Positions 1 through 7,660 of a DNA stretch of 30,680 nucleotides are shown piece by piece. A program made the position numbers and the translations under genes. Each line of letters opens with the position of its first letter. Position 1 is the first letter of the stretch. The DNA comes from a virus (Duplodnaviria; Caudoviricetes), in IMG/VR virus record IMGVR_UViG_3300005512_000217, positions 1 to 30,680 of that record. The stretch is one strand, 5' to 3'. The notes under the pieces are model-generated. The model searched no databases. It was not told the DNA's origin and worked only from the letters and a program-made list of their open reading frames with translations.

Positions 1-207
1 TAACCACTCGTCTTTCCACGAGGATGCAGAAGCATCTGCCATCTTCAAGTCCCAATCAATTTCACCGGTAGCTTTCTTTTCCATGATGACAGCTTCAGCT
101 TTTGCTTTGGCTACCTTCGCACCAGTTTCGGCTTTGGTCTTTTCAACCTTACCTTCTAGCCACGTTCCGGCTAGGTTTGATATTGGTCCGATTAGGGCTG
201 CTAACAT
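1..207 (-). CDS. Putative holin-like membrane protein (partial, runs off the window)
   Basis: Hand translation from ATG 207: MLAALIGPISNLAGTWLEGKVEK...DWDLKMADASASSWKDEWL. The SWKDEW motif resembles holin-like proteins of marine podophages. Confidence 0.55.
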   Translation of the reverse strand, partial: MLAALIGPISNLAGTWLEGKVEKTKAETGAKVAKAKAEAVIMEKKATGEIDWDLKMADASASSWKDEWL

Positions 208-497
208 TTCCATCTCTTTCGTGCTTGACGTAAGCGACTATTAGGGTTTGCTGCTGCTTTAGGAAACTTCTTCATCTGCCCAGCAGACCGCGCACAGTAA
301 GACTTGCGACGTTTAGCTGCTGCGCTTCCCGGCTTTACCTTCCCGGTAACAGCAGTCTTTAGCTTGCTACCGGGATTTGCTTTACGATACGCCTTTACAC
401 CAGCCGCTGTCATCCCCGCCCCAGACTTCGTAGGACGGAAGTTCTTTTTGTTACGGGCTGGCATGTTGTCAGGTTTTCTAGGCTTTCTTGGTGGCAC
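201..497 (-). CDS. Small basic protein, DUF6321-like
   Basis: KAYRKANPGSKLKTAVT...RRKSYCARSAG...SRLRQARKRWKC; translationally coupled to its neighbours. Confidence 0.7.
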   Translation of the reverse strand: MPPRKPRKPDNMPARNKKNFRPTKSGAGMTAAGVKAYRKANPGSKLKTAVTGKVKPGSAAAKRRKSYCARSAGQMKKFPKAAANPNSRLRQARKRWKC

Positions 498-726
498 TTT
501 TCTTCCTTCGCTTTCCCGATGCAGTAACAGACCATTTTACTCTAGCTGGTCCTGTCTTCTTAGCCGCTTCTTTCTTGGTTATACGACTAGCGACTTTGGC
601 AGGTCTACAAGCTGGATAGGGACGTTTCTTTTTCTCTGAACCAGAACGACCGCATTTCTTTCCGGTCTTTACGTCCCGCCAATCTTCCTTGAACCATTTA
701 GTTAAGCCGCCTTTAGGTTTAGCCAT
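478..726 (-). CDS. Small basic protein (GGLTKWFKEDW motif, DUF5872-like C-terminal half)
   Basis: Start re-set to ATG 726, which overlaps the upstream stop (TAATG). MAKPKGGLTKWFKEDWRDVKTGKKCGRS...YPACRP. Confidence 0.7.
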   Translation of the reverse strand: MAKPKGGLTKWFKEDWRDVKTGKKCGRSGSEKKKRPYPACRPAKVASRITKKEAAKKTGPARVKWSVTASGKRRKKSATKKA

Positions 727-884
727 TAGGCATACGTCCCGCCACGCTTCTTGTATGTCTTGACCAACCAAGCATTTGCGTATGCGCTTGGGTAAACGTC
801 AAACTTACGTTTAGCTTCGGCTTTTACTTTTGCATATAGAGCTTTGTTCTTAGGTGTAGGACTTTTTGTCTTTTTAGCTGCCAT
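726..884 (-). CDS. Small basic protein (DUF5872-like N-terminal half), 52 aa, not in the ORF track
   Basis: Hand translation: MAAKKTKSPTPKNKALYAKVKAEAKRKFDVYPSAYANAWLVKTYKKRGGTYA. Confidence 0.7.
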   Translation of the reverse strand: MAAKKTKSPTPKNKALYAKVKAEAKRKFDVYPSAYANAWLVKTYKKRGGTYA

Positions 885-913
885 AGTGTATTTACCCCCG
901 GCAAAGGTTATTG

Positions 914-942
914 CTTATAACATAAATTATAATAGGTGTCAA
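914..942 (-). promoter_or_regulatory. sigma70-type promoter TTGACA-17-TATAAG
   Basis: -35 at 942-937, -10 at 919-914, upstream of the small basic gene cluster. Confidence 0.65.
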
Positions 943-964
943 GGGGGCAAGTTGCCCTGCCCCC
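943..964 (-). terminator. Hairpin GGGGGCAGG-GCAA-CUUGCCCCC after the capsid operon
   Basis: 9-bp stem with a GNRA loop just after the stop at 977. The U-tail is weak. Confidence 0.5.
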
Positions 965-976
965 AAGACTTTTTAG

Positions 977-1411
977 TTAGGAAATGGTTGCAGTCTGTTC
1001 AGTCTGCGGACCACCTGTACAATCAGCAATAACTGCCCAGACGTTGACTTTAGCGTTGATAACACCAACGGCGACAGTCAAGTCAATTGTATCCGCACTT
1101 GAGTAAAAGTTCGGAACAGTTGTTGCAAGGATTGGGGTTTCCTGTCCAGCAGCAGCAGGAGTAGAAGCCGCTACGTAGCGGTCTACATCTGTGTCGCCAA
1201 GTGACAGCGTACCGCTGTTGCCAGCAGAGTCAGCAGTCAAGACGTTGTAACCAGCGGCAAGAACCAAAGTACCTGCCTGTACGCCCAACACTTCTACAGT
1301 CTCAGTAGATGTGTGGGTGAACTTGCTGAAATCAACAACCTCGCTGATAACCTTTACGTTAGCACCAGCAGCGGGAAAACCGGAAGTTCCGGCACCAGTA
1401 ATTGTAGCCAT
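977..1411 (-). CDS. Putative capsid decoration or minor capsid protein
   Basis: 144 aa, beta-strand and A/T/G/V rich, directly after the MCP, with RBS AAGGGAG. Confidence 0.6.
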   Translation of the reverse strand: MATITGAGTSGFPAAGANVKVISEVVDFSKFTHTSTETVEVLGVQAGTLVLAAGYNVLTADSAGNSGTLSLGDTDVDRYVAASTPAAAGQETPILATTVPNFYSSADTIDLTVAVGVINAKVNVWAVIADCTGGPQTEQTATIS

Positions 1412-1424
1412 TTTTCAGTCTCCC

Positions 1425-2405
1425 TTAAGCAACAGTATCTACAACACCGCGAACGAGTGCTTCTGGGCGAAGGACTTTACGTCCAAACACATGAAGACCA
1501 CGAACGATGTCGGAGAAGGTTTCAGTTGACCGAACTACTTCGGTTTTTGCAATGTGAGATGCAGTTGCAACGGCTGACATGTGACCAGCCAAAACAACAG
1601 ACTCACCATCTGCTGCAGCAACACCAGTGATGCTGATTGCATCTGTGCCGCCCGCTACCAGAGCAGTTGACTTGTAGCAGTTAAAGCCAGCAATCTGACC
1701 CTGCATTACAAGACCGTTCCGTAGTGGTGAGGTGCCGTCGCCAGTTACCTGAACTTCTGCAAACTTTGCACCGGCTGAGAACAGCTTGGCGTAGAAAGCA
1801 GGAGAAGCAACGAACCAACGGTTCTCTTCTGGAACAGACTGCTCGTCAAGTTCTTTTGCCATTTCTAGCATCAGGTTGACAGCGTTGTCTGGAGCAGTGT
1901 GAACTGCAATTGGTGTACCAGCAGTACCCAGAGCAGTGTTGGTGTTCAACAGACCACCAGCAAGTGATGCGTCATCAGCACCGGCAAGGCCAGCACCGTC
2001 AGCAATTGCTTGCAGGACGTTGAAGTCGTACTTGCGCTTCAAAGAGTATGCACCTGATGAGGTAGCAAGAGCTTCGAAGTTAACATGAGACTGACGCTCT
2101 TCGATGTCGTCAATCTTGAACGCAAATGCGTTTGCTTGGTCAACAACCATTGTTGTCTGGTCGTCAGCCAAGTCTTGTGGGTTAACCACAGAGCCACGTG
2201 AGTAGCTGCTTACTGTGATTGTAGGTTCTTTAATGATACGTACTGTATCGCCAAAGTTCTCAATTTCCCCCGCGTAATCGGTATTCGTGATGTCTTCAGC
2301 AACCGAAGCGCGACGGAAAAACTTGAGGACTTTCTGGCTAAAGATTTCCGGTGTAAAGTTACCGGAAGGCAGGTTATTGTAACCTGCAGCGCGATTAAAA
2401 GCCAT
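1425..2405 (-). CDS. Major capsid protein
   Basis: 326 aa; NF-PEIFSQKVLKFF, NTDYAGEI-NFGDTVRIIKEP, F-DIVRGLHVFGRKVLRPEAL are typical HK97-fold podophage MCP motifs; follows the scaffold. Confidence 0.93.
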   Translation of the reverse strand: MAFNRAAGYNNLPSGNFTPEIFSQKVLKFFRRASVAEDITNTDYAGEIENFGDTVRIIKEPTITVSSYSRGSVVNPQDLADDQTTMVVDQANAFAFKIDDIEERQSHVNFEALATSSGAYSLKRKYDFNVLQAIADGAGLAGADDASLAGGLLNTNTALGTAGTPIAVHTAPDNAVNLMLEMAKELDEQSVPEENRWFVASPAFYAKLFSAGAKFAEVQVTGDGTSPLRNGLVMQGQIAGFNCYKSTALVAGGTDAISITGVAAADGESVVLAGHMSAVATASHIAKTEVVRSTETFSDIVRGLHVFGRKVLRPEALVRGVVDTVA

Positions 2406-2434
2406 CTGCTTTTCCTTCCATTTTGAGGTTTATT

Positions 2435-3346
2435 CTAAGAGTTGAAGTCGATTCGCCCTTCAGACCGTGCCGCGTCCAATTCGCTTTCCAGCTTTTCGAA
2501 CTCGTGCGCTTTCATCTTGGCGATTTGTGAAGCTTTCCAAATCCGTTTACCGTCTGTAGTTTCAGCCTTGATTTCCCGTGCTGGGGTTTTTGTTACGGCT
2601 TCTGCTGCAGATGCAGACTTGGTTTTCTTCTTGGTAGTCGTTAAGCCTATGTCGGCTTTGTAGAGGTCTACTACCCGTGCCGCCCATTTCGCATCCGTAC
2701 TGTTCTTGTAGATGCCATCAGCGATAGAGCTTGGCTGCTCTTCTAACCATGTAAGAAACTGTTGGTCTGCTTTGATGTCATTAAAGTCTGGGTGGGCATT
2801 GAGAAGCTGCTCATAAGCTTTTTGTTTCTCTAGTTCCTTTTCCCGTTCCTTAATTGTACCTAGTTCTTCACGGAGTTTTGCAACCTGTGTTTCGGTCTGC
2901 ATACTTGAAACCGTCTGAACAACTTCGAAGACATCTGGATAACGTTCTTTAAACTCATCCAACTCTTCTTGTGTTCGTGGTGGCGTTACGCCTCGCGGCA
3001 TTTCTGCTGCACGGTCTGTCATTGTTTTTCTAAGGGTTTCGATTTCGCCTTTGAACTCGTTCACCTTGTCGTCGTAATGACGTTTCAAGTCGTCATACCT
3101 TTTTTTGTAGTCGTGGTCCTCACTGGTTTCTTTCTTTGATTCCACGAAACTACTGCCCTTGTCTTCGTCCTGAGTAGCCGCTTGGCCTTCTGCGGGGTCA
3201 GTCTCCTGTTGGGCTTCTACATTCTCCTCGTCTTCTTCGTCTTTGTAGACTTCATCCCGGTATTTTCCGCGATACAGGCTATCGTTGTTGACGGTTCCAA
3301 ACGAGTCGTTTGCTTTGTTGGCACGGTGGCCTCTTGCTTTTGCCAT
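2435..3346 (-). CDS. Capsid scaffolding protein
   Basis: 303 aa, acidic coiled coil; YKKRYDDLKRH, HPDF, C-terminal EGRI; directly before the MCP. Confidence 0.8.
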   Translation of the reverse strand: MAKARGHRANKANDSFGTVNNDSLYRGKYRDEVYKDEEDEENVEAQQETDPAEGQAATQDEDKGSSFVESKKETSEDHDYKKRYDDLKRHYDDKVNEFKGEIETLRKTMTDRAAEMPRGVTPPRTQEELDEFKERYPDVFEVVQTVSSMQTETQVAKLREELGTIKEREKELEKQKAYEQLLNAHPDFNDIKADQQFLTWLEEQPSSIADGIYKNSTDAKWAARVVDLYKADIGLTTTKKKTKSASAAEAVTKTPAREIKAETTDGKRIWKASQIAKMKAHEFEKLESELDAARSEGRIDFNS

Positions 3347-3362
3347 TTTATTTACCTCACTA

Positions 3363-3429
3363 GCGGGGCCACATGGCTGTGGGTAGCCGCTCCGGTTGTG
3401 CTGGGGCCACGAACTCGTGGGTAGCCAGC
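3363..3429 (-). promoter_or_regulatory. Tandem pair of covarying hairpins in the scaffold gene leader
   Basis: GCUGG-CUAC-CCACG..CGUGG-CC-CCAGC (3429-3400) and GCGG-CUAC-CCACA..UGUGG-CC-CCGC (3390-3363). Confidence 0.65.
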
Positions 3430-3436
3430 GGATTCT

Positions 3437-5290
3437 TTAGGCTAGGAAACCGCCCCGCGCTGCTTGGACAGGCTGCTGCCCATTCTCTGCTATGCGCTGT
3501 TCGGTTTTTCTAATGCCTCGTTTATTAATCTTTTCTAGGCGGTCTTCGCCAATAATCTTTACTAGGTGTGGGGCTACGGTTACTTCGCCACTCGACACCG
3601 CAATATCTACAAGGTTTGAATGCCGTTCGAAGTCGTCTGTAGACAGACCCCGGCGAACCGCTTCCTTCTGGGCATCCATAATCATCTTGCGGATATCTTG
3701 TTCTCCCGCGAACTCGACGGCAGCCGCATTTATAACATACGTACCCTCTGGAGCCTTCATAGGACGGTCGTCAGCGACTTTATCGGCTTCGGAGACCTGT
3801 GATGGCGGGCGGTCTACAAAACCAGTCTGTGAGGCTTGTACCCCCGGTGGCGGGGTTCCCATTGCGTAGCCCTGTACTTTACCGCCCTTGGCGTGGGAAA
3901 GACCGAAGCCGCCGCCAGCACCATATCCAGCTTCGTCTCCTGAAGGTCCTTCATATCCGCCATCACCGCCGCCACTACTTCGTTCAATCTCTCTCTGAGA
4001 TTGGCTGGCTCTCGCATCATTATAAGCATCTTGAGCCGCTTGTTCCTGCTGTCTGCTTGCCTGCGCCTTGGCAGCCTTTTGTGATTTGATACCAGAAATA
4101 ATGTCTTTTAACTTGCCCTCTCTTTTACGTGCAGCAGACAATGCTTTAGAGGCTTCAATTTCAGTAATGCCATAGGTTTCGGCAAGAGATTTTAAATCAC
4201 TTGCGCGACCCAGCATTGAAACACGACCAAACCTGTCCATGTAAGCACCAGTATCGGTATAACGACCACCACCTGAAAGCTGACCACTGTACCCCGCATC
4301 TTCGAACCTAACCGCATCTTTACCTGTGTAATCGAAACCCAAGGTTCCACCGAAGGTACTTGGGACAAACCCCCGTTGCACAGCTTCAATGCTTCTTAAA
4401 GTATTGTTGTCTAGGCCGCGTGTGTTTCCTGTATAGGTTCCGGTTCCGGCCTTGCGGGTTATGCCGCCTGCTCCGGGGCCGCTTCCGAACGACATGGCGA
4501 AGCCGAAATCTCTTCGGCCTTCTGATATACTTCCATAAAGGTCTTCGTCCGGGTCGTCTATGGCATCTTGCAAATCACTGCTGTAGGCCCGTGCAACCGC
4601 CCTATTGTGCGCCATATCTGCGTACTGTCTGGCGTGAACCGCGTCTGCAAACTGACCCAAGATACCATCTGGTCGTGCGCTGATGTTTCCAAAAGCATTT
4701 GTTACAGTGGTGGTGCTAAGCAAAGAGGAACCTGCAAGAGCTAACATAGGGTTCGTGGCTGCTAAAAATCCCTTCGCGGCAGTTTTGGCATCGGGCTTTG
4801 TAGCACCCTCAACTATGTCGGTTCCAACACGGTCAGCAAGCCCCTTGGTTCCCGCTGAAAAGTCTATGTCCCCTAACCTACCAGATGTGAGAGGTTCCAT
4901 GACGTTTGAAATAAAGTCTACCCGGTCTGCCATTCCCGGTGGTTTTTCAGCGGATAGATAGTCAGAGTAAGAATCGTAGGTGCTATATGCGTCAAAGTTG
5001 TTGTACTCTATCCCAGTCCCACCCGGAAACATTGAACCACCTACAAAGTCTCCTTGGATACTTGTGGCATCTAGAACATTAAGGGCATCGTCTTGGCTGT
5101 CGCCGCCACCCTCACCAGCTATACCATACTCTTCCAGTTCCGTAATATCATCAGGGTCGACGACATCAATACCCGTATCTTCCAAGATACTTGTATCTAG
5201 GGCCTGTCTGTAAAAATCAACAGGGCCAGAAGTATATGTATCCCGGCTAATAGCTTCAGGAGTAAAGAAGGATGGTGGGTTAGTTGCCAT
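3437..5290 (-). CDS. Putative internal (ejected) virion protein
   Basis: 617 aa, G/A/D rich, between portal and scaffold; C-terminal AKGG motif followed by a DDRPM-APEG-YVINA-AV type domain. Confidence 0.6.
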   Translation of the reverse strand: MATNPPSFFTPEAISRDTYTSGPVDFYRQALDTSILEDTGIDVVDPDDITELEEYGIAGEGGGDSQDDALNVLDATSIQGDFVGGSMFPGGTGIEYNNFDAYSTYDSYSDYLSAEKPPGMADRVDFISNVMEPLTSGRLGDIDFSAGTKGLADRVGTDIVEGATKPDAKTAAKGFLAATNPMLALAGSSLLSTTTVTNAFGNISARPDGILGQFADAVHARQYADMAHNRAVARAYSSDLQDAIDDPDEDLYGSISEGRRDFGFAMSFGSGPGAGGITRKAGTGTYTGNTRGLDNNTLRSIEAVQRGFVPSTFGGTLGFDYTGKDAVRFEDAGYSGQLSGGGRYTDTGAYMDRFGRVSMLGRASDLKSLAETYGITEIEASKALSAARKREGKLKDIISGIKSQKAAKAQASRQQEQAAQDAYNDARASQSQREIERSSGGGDGGYEGPSGDEAGYGAGGGFGLSHAKGGKVQGYAMGTPPPGVQASQTGFVDRPPSQVSEADKVADDRPMKAPEGTYVINAAAVEFAGEQDIRKMIMDAQKEAVRRGLSTDDFERHSNLVDIAVSSGEVTVAPHLVKIIGEDRLEKINKRGIRKTEQRIAENGQQPVQAARGGFLA

Positions 5291-5507
5291 TTTTAACTAT
5301 TGCCTCGTGGTTAACTTTCAACTGAAGGAGCGTTTCCAGTAAAGCCGCTTTCCCCTGCAGTTGGCGCAGTTCCGACTCCGATTGTGCCGTTACCAGACCC
5401 CTGTGCGTCTGTTCCTTCAGGACTTGAAGATACGCCTCCAGCCCCTGCCATACCTGCGGCTGTGCCATCAGCGGCCCCAGCAGCTTCGCCTGTTCCTTGC
5501 TGTACAT
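5280..5507 (-). CDS. Small portal-adjacent protein overlapping the portal 3' end
   Basis: 75 aa, helical (ELRQLQGKAALLETLLQLK), AAGGA RBS upstream, stop overlaps the start region of the next gene. Confidence 0.65.
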   Translation of the reverse strand: MYSKEQAKLLGPLMAQPQVWQGLEAYLQVLKEQTHRGLVTAQSESELRQLQGKAALLETLLQLKVNHEAIVKNGN

Positions 5508-7437
5508 TTGCCATCATTCCTTTTAACATCTGTGCGTAGAGTTGTGCTTGGTTGGCATCGTTGACTAGGCTGTCTGGGTCGATATCTTGAGAGATAGCCA
5601 GTTCCCGCATCAGGTTCGGTATCTTGATGAATGGTGCCAGCATCGGGTTTGCAACGGTTTGCAACAGGGACGTTAACCGCTGTGTGCGAACCTCTTTTTG
5701 CATAACGGCTGCAACGCCGCGTGGTTTAATTTCTAAGTCACCTTGAATGTCTTCTGCGTCTTCGTTGAACTGCATGTTCCACTGGAAGTAGGCTTCGCCC
5801 AGAGGTTTCAAAAGCATGTCGTCAATGTTCTTGATGACGGTCTTCATGGATAAGCCAGCAGACCCCATGAGCATGGATAAGCCTGCAGCGGTTCGCCCAG
5901 TTCCGGTTACTCCTGTCTGTCCGTGCATGATTGACGGGATGCCTGTCTCTTCATCAGCAAGCTGACGACTAATCTGGTACATCTGCAGGTTTTCTCCTGC
6001 GGTGTTCGGAAACTTCAAGCCGTTGATGGCTGTTCCGGTAACACCAGACTGACGACGGAATATCTTGCCGGGGAAAATATCCATGTTCTGTCCCGGTACG
6101 AGACTAGCTTCATCTACGTCAAAGACAAGGTTGCCTGCAAGAGCCAAGTTGTCAATAGCCATGCGAACATGTCCGTTCATCAACTTCTGGGCATCTTCCA
6201 TGTTTTCCGCTACGCCAACGCCCCAGAGTTGGTATGGGTTGACTTCATAAGGAAAGACTTGGAAAGGAATACGTGCTGGTGTGAACGGGTTCAGGACACA
6301 GCGAATAACCATGTTTCCGCAAACCCAAACATTAACCTGTAGTTCGTCGAACTCTGACATTTCGTCAGCTTCAGAAAGACCGGCTTCGTAGGCCATCTTG
6401 GAATCGAGAACACCCCAATATTCTAGGACTTCATAACGATTACCTTGATAGTATGCCTCTGTTTCATCCTCACGAATAGTGTCTTCATAATACTTGTCCT
6501 CGTAATTAGGACCTTTGGCAAGACACTCTTCAATAGCTTCGGAATTAAAGTGGGGACGTTTAATCAACGCACGAAGCTGCTGGCGGTTCATGCGGTGACG
6601 TTGAATAACATATTCGCAGTCATCAATGCTAGTAGCAGATGGGTCTGGGTGGAAATCCCACACAGATACCATTTCAATCCGTGGAACGGTTTTTTCATCG
6701 GGGTTGTAAAAGCGTTCGCCGTTTTCATCGCGTTCCCATTTGTGAACACGCTTGAAGAAATTGAACGGACCCTTTACGATACCTGTCCCTAAAAGGGATG
6801 ACTCAAACACAGCGTTACGCATAACGTTGACTGCATTCGTGTCGGTTAGTTGGTCGTGAATAACTTTTTCCATCCGAAGGGCTGCTTCTTGGGCAGGGCT
6901 AATCTGAGGTTCGCCCATTCGCGCAGGTCCTGCTGCTAGCTGTACGCCTTCATACTTTTTATTCAAGCCACCTAAGAAGTCACCACCCGGCCCTGCTTGT
7001 AATGAACCCGGAGCTAGTTCGCGACCATCTCCTGAAAATCCATAGGGGTCTTGTGGCTGGTTCTGGTCCAGTGGAGTTTCCATGTGAGCAAACTCCGCAA
7101 TACCTTCTGGTACAGGAGTCGATTCAACAACAAGCGGAAACTTCTTGTTTGCGAACAGGATGTCGATTATCTGACCAAAGGCTGCAAGAACCTTGGTCTT
7201 GGTAATACGAACAAACACCTTGGACCGCTCTGAATCACGATACTGTGTAGTAGAATCGTAGATACCTCTAAAGTTTTTATATGCCTGTAGCCAACGCTGT
7301 TCGTGGGCGTATCGTCCGTTCTCAGCATCTTCGAACTTTGAATTGACATACGCGGCAAGGCCGGGCATAAGTTCTTCAGGAGCAACTACAGATACGGCGG
7401 TATCATCTTCAGGCTGGAGAAAGTTATCTTCTGACAT
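5311..7437 (-). CDS. Portal (head-tail connector) protein
   Basis: 708 aa; LGTGIVKGP, WDFHPDP, WGVGVAE, IDNLALAGN, RTAAGLSMLM are typical podophage portal motifs; located downstream of TerL. Confidence 0.9.
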   Translation of the reverse strand: MSEDNFLQPEDDTAVSVVAPEELMPGLAAYVNSKFEDAENGRYAHEQRWLQAYKNFRGIYDSTTQYRDSERSKVFVRITKTKVLAAFGQIIDILFANKKFPLVVESTPVPEGIAEFAHMETPLDQNQPQDPYGFSGDGRELAPGSLQAGPGGDFLGGLNKKYEGVQLAAGPARMGEPQISPAQEAALRMEKVIHDQLTDTNAVNVMRNAVFESSLLGTGIVKGPFNFFKRVHKWERDENGERFYNPDEKTVPRIEMVSVWDFHPDPSATSIDDCEYVIQRHRMNRQQLRALIKRPHFNSEAIEECLAKGPNYEDKYYEDTIREDETEAYYQGNRYEVLEYWGVLDSKMAYEAGLSEADEMSEFDELQVNVWVCGNMVIRCVLNPFTPARIPFQVFPYEVNPYQLWGVGVAENMEDAQKLMNGHVRMAIDNLALAGNLVFDVDEASLVPGQNMDIFPGKIFRRQSGVTGTAINGLKFPNTAGENLQMYQISRQLADEETGIPSIMHGQTGVTGTGRTAAGLSMLMGSAGLSMKTVIKNIDDMLLKPLGEAYFQWNMQFNEDAEDIQGDLEIKPRGVAAVMQKEVRTQRLTSLLQTVANPMLAPFIKIPNLMRELAISQDIDPDSLVNDANQAQLYAQMLKGMMANVQQGTGEAAGAADGTAAGMAGAGGVSSSPEGTDAQGSGNGTIGVGTAPTAGESGFTGNAPSVES

Positions 7438-7443
7438 CTGATT

Positions 7444-7650
7444 TTAGTAGTCGCGTTCTTCAGCCATTTTCATAACTGAGGGGTCCACTGCCGTTTTAGT
7501 CATCTTCTTTGGCATGTCCTCAGTCAGAACGCCTTGCTTTGCCATTGTGTTGAACTCAAGACCTTCACGATACAGCTTGGCTGCACCACCTTGGTCGTCA
7601 ACTGATGTTGTATCTGAGTTCATAATGTAAGCGGCACCCATCTTATCCAT
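7444..7650 (-). CDS. Small hypothetical protein, probably virion associated
   Basis: 68 aa with a strong AAGGAG RBS, between the 692-aa gene and the portal. Confidence 0.7.
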   Translation of the reverse strand: MDKMGAAYIMNSDTTSVDDQGGAAKLYREGLEFNTMAKQGVLTEDMPKKMTKTAVDPSVMKMAEERDY

Positions 7651-7660
7651 GGTACTCTCC

